This document shows, piece by piece, positions 35,715 through 37,582 of a DNA stretch of 37,582 nucleotides (position 1 is the first letter of the stretch; each line of letters begins with the position of its first letter). The notes under the pieces are model-generated. The model saw nothing but the letters and a program-made list of their open reading frames with translations, ran no database searches and was not told where the DNA came from. Source of the DNA: a virus (lineage: Duplodnaviria; Caudoviricetes); the IMG/VR virus record IMGVR_UViG_3300044513_000301, positions 1 to 37,582 of that record. One strand, given 5' to 3'. The translations under genes and the position numbers were made by a program.

Positions 35715-37582
35715 TTAATTAGCTTCCAATGCCGCAAGGCGTGTTTCTAAGTCATCAATCTTAGTCAATGCTTCCTGCAATGCGGCGGTCAATAGAGGCA
35801 CTAGCTTGCTCTGGTCAATGCCCTGATATACAGGATTGCCATCGTCATCTACCTCATTGTGTGTGCCTGTAATCGCTTCTGGCACAACATCCTGTACCTC
35901 GTGGGCAAGGAAGCCATCAACGGTAGTGTCAGGGTCAGCAATAAAGTTAAAGCGCACAGGGTTGAGTGCCTTAACACGGTCAGCCGCACCAGTTACGTCA
36001 GTGACGTTTTCTTTGAGGCGGTAGTCAGATGATGTGTTGTAGGATGTGGCTGATGTTGATGTTGTTATACTGCCGACAACGCCATTGGTAAAATTCCCAA
36101 AACGCCAATGATAACCTGTACCACTACCAGAAAAAATGCTAAAGCTACCACTGTTATCTGGGTGCGCTATTGATACGCCTATGCCAGAATATGATGTGCC
36201 ACCCACCAGCAGATTGCCACTGCTGTCGATGCGCATCTTTTCTGTGCCGCCAATACTAAACCTGTGCTGCGCAGCCTCATTTACTGCGTCAACATAAGCT
36301 GCGCCAGAACGATTATAATGTTGCACAAGGTTTGCTGTTCCAGAATATGCTGGGCCAAATTCAATACCGCTAGCACCACCCGCTGAAACAACTAGGTTGT
36401 AAACAGGATTTGTAATACCAATGCCCACGTTGCCACTGCTGGTGATGCGCATTGCTTCTGACCAAGTAATAGCCGTATCCGCAGTGCCTGAACTCGCAAC
36501 ACGAAAACTATGTGTTCCGTCTAATTGAGCATATAAAGATGCCTCGTTAGTACTCATATACTTCCAAGAAGTAAGTTGATTTGAACCATCTGCATAAGCA
36601 TTATCTGAAAGAAAAGTTCTTGAGGTTGCCCCCGAAGCACCAACTAAAGACGAACCGCTACCTACTTGAGTAGCAACCCAAGCAGAGTTCCAATCTTCAG
36701 GCGTAGTCCCAATGCCCACGTTTTGCGAACTGTCGATGCGTATTGCTTCTGTGGAGTCAGTAGAAAACGAAATAGTTCCGTTGTTACTAATCGCATCAAA
36801 ATCTACTCCAGCATCAGGGTCCGTGTTTTCAAAAGTAGATATAACCAAACCACGACCAGTGTATACGCCACTAAACGCAGCAATATCACTGTTTGATGTA
36901 CCACTAAGGACATCTAATCTCTTATCAGGCGAACTCGTTCCCAGCCCTAATCGCTGTGTGGAGGCATCCCAGAAGAAACCTTGCGTCACGCCTGTGCTGT
37001 CGTAGAAGCTGATGTCGCCGTCATTCTTAACAGTAAACCGCTTAGTCCAAGTATCATCTGATGCGTCTGCGTCTTGTTGACCAGAAGAAATCTCAAAGGC
37101 TTGATTAAGACTTTCTTGCGCCGCAATTTGCCAATTTGTGTGACTTGCGTTTGTTGTTTCAAAAGTTAATTCAGGTGAATCATTGCTAATAACAGGATTG
37201 TCTTGAAACTCTGTTGCACCTGAAACCGTCAGCCCATCAGCCGTCACCGTGCCGTTAATATCAACATTACCATCACAGCCAATTACCATCTGGTCAACTT
37301 GTGTGCCACCAACATTAGACTGAAACTTTGCAATGTCCCGTGCTGATGTAGATGTTGGATGATACGCTTGGAGTGCAAGGTTTCCATCACCAGCCGCACA
37401 AGTGCTTTCAATCCCATCAGACACAACACTGCCCTGCACGTTAATGCCGCTAGTGGTGGTGGTTAGTTTGGTTGCATCCTGATACTTTAATTCAATGTCA
37501 CCATTCGTTGTGTCTGCTTGAAGAACACGGTTTGTTCCATCTGCCTTTTCGATACTGACAAACTGCGAACCCATAATCCAAA
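35715..37582 (-). CDS. Tail fibre protein, C-terminal part with peptidase S74-type intramolecular chaperone
   Basis: Repeated (M/I)RI(D/T)SS(G/Q)N(V/L) modules; TSSDYRLKENV...GFLAHEVQDVVPEAI and terminal coiled coil; frame continues from 1-1369. Confidence 0.92.
   Translation of the reverse strand, partial: WIMGSQFVSIEKADGTNRVLQADTTNGDIELKYQDATKLTTTTSGINVQGSVVSDGIESTCAAGDGNLALQAYHPTSTSARDIAKFQSNVGGTQVDQMVIGCDGNVDINGTVTADGLTVSGATEFQDNPVISNDSPELTFETTNASHTNWQIAAQESLNQAFEISSGQQDADASDDTWTKRFTVKNDGDISFYDSTGVTQGFFWDASTQRLGLGTSSPDKRLDVLSGTSNSDIAAFSGVYTGRGLVISTFENTDPDAGVDFDAISNNGTISFSTDSTEAIRIDSSQNVGIGTTPEDWNSAWVATQVGSGSSLVGASGATSRTFLSDNAYADGSNQLTSWKYMSTNEASLYAQLDGTHSFRVASSGTADTAITWSEAMRITSSGNVGIGITNPVYNLVVSAGGASGIEFGPAYSGTANLVQHYNRSGAAYVDAVNEAAQHRFSIGGTEKMRIDSSGNLLVGGTSYSGIGVSIAHPDNSGSFSIFSGSGTGYHWRFGNFTNGVVGSITTSTSATSYNTSSDYRLKENVTDVTGAADRVKALNPVRFNFIADPDTTVDGFLAHEVQDVVPEAITGTHNEVDDDGNPVYQGIDQSKLVPLLTAALQEALTKIDDLETRLAALEAN
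37493..37582. repeat. 90-bp terminal direct repeat, copy 2
   Basis: Identical to 1-90. Confidence 0.97.

Noticed and set aside
26-37005. Plus-strand ORFs and nested minus-strand ORFs in the track (e.g. 5693-6145, 19752-20129, 20705-20923, 32806-33021)
   Set aside because: They are shadows of well-supported minus-strand genes or overlap attP/terminator, and lack an RBS or recognisable motifs.

Overview
The window is a complete, circularly assembled podovirus-type phage genome of 37,492 unique bp (bases 1-90 repeat exactly at 37493-37582), with all credible genes on the minus strand. Transcription order: attP (3' half of tRNA-Arg(UCU)), small ORF, tyrosine integrase, T7-type single-subunit RNA polymerase, SSB, endonuclease I, primase/helicase, family A DNA polymerase, exonuclease, gp1.7-like protein, class II ribonucleotide reductase, a non-coding gap, tail collar/tail/ejection proteins (including a 1811-aa giant), terminase, portal, scaffold, major capsid, adaptor, a ~1048-aa tail fibre spanning the contig junction, and a lysis cassette. 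It looks like a temperate phage with T7-like transcription/replication joined to a non-T7 (P22/SU10-like) head module. A marine alphaproteobacterial host is only an inference. No repressor is recognisable. The most striking unexplained signals are RNA-level. (1) A 16-bp hairpin just after the capsid gene has a 13-nt loop that is the exact complement of the ribosome-binding site of the gene heading the scaffold-capsid block 2.2 kb upstream. (2) A structured leader with a 32-codon uORF could occlude the RNA polymerase RBS, and a phage promoter would bypass it. (3) A pseudoknot-like element precedes the first late gene. All assignments come from motifs read by eye and gene order; no database search or folding calculation was run.
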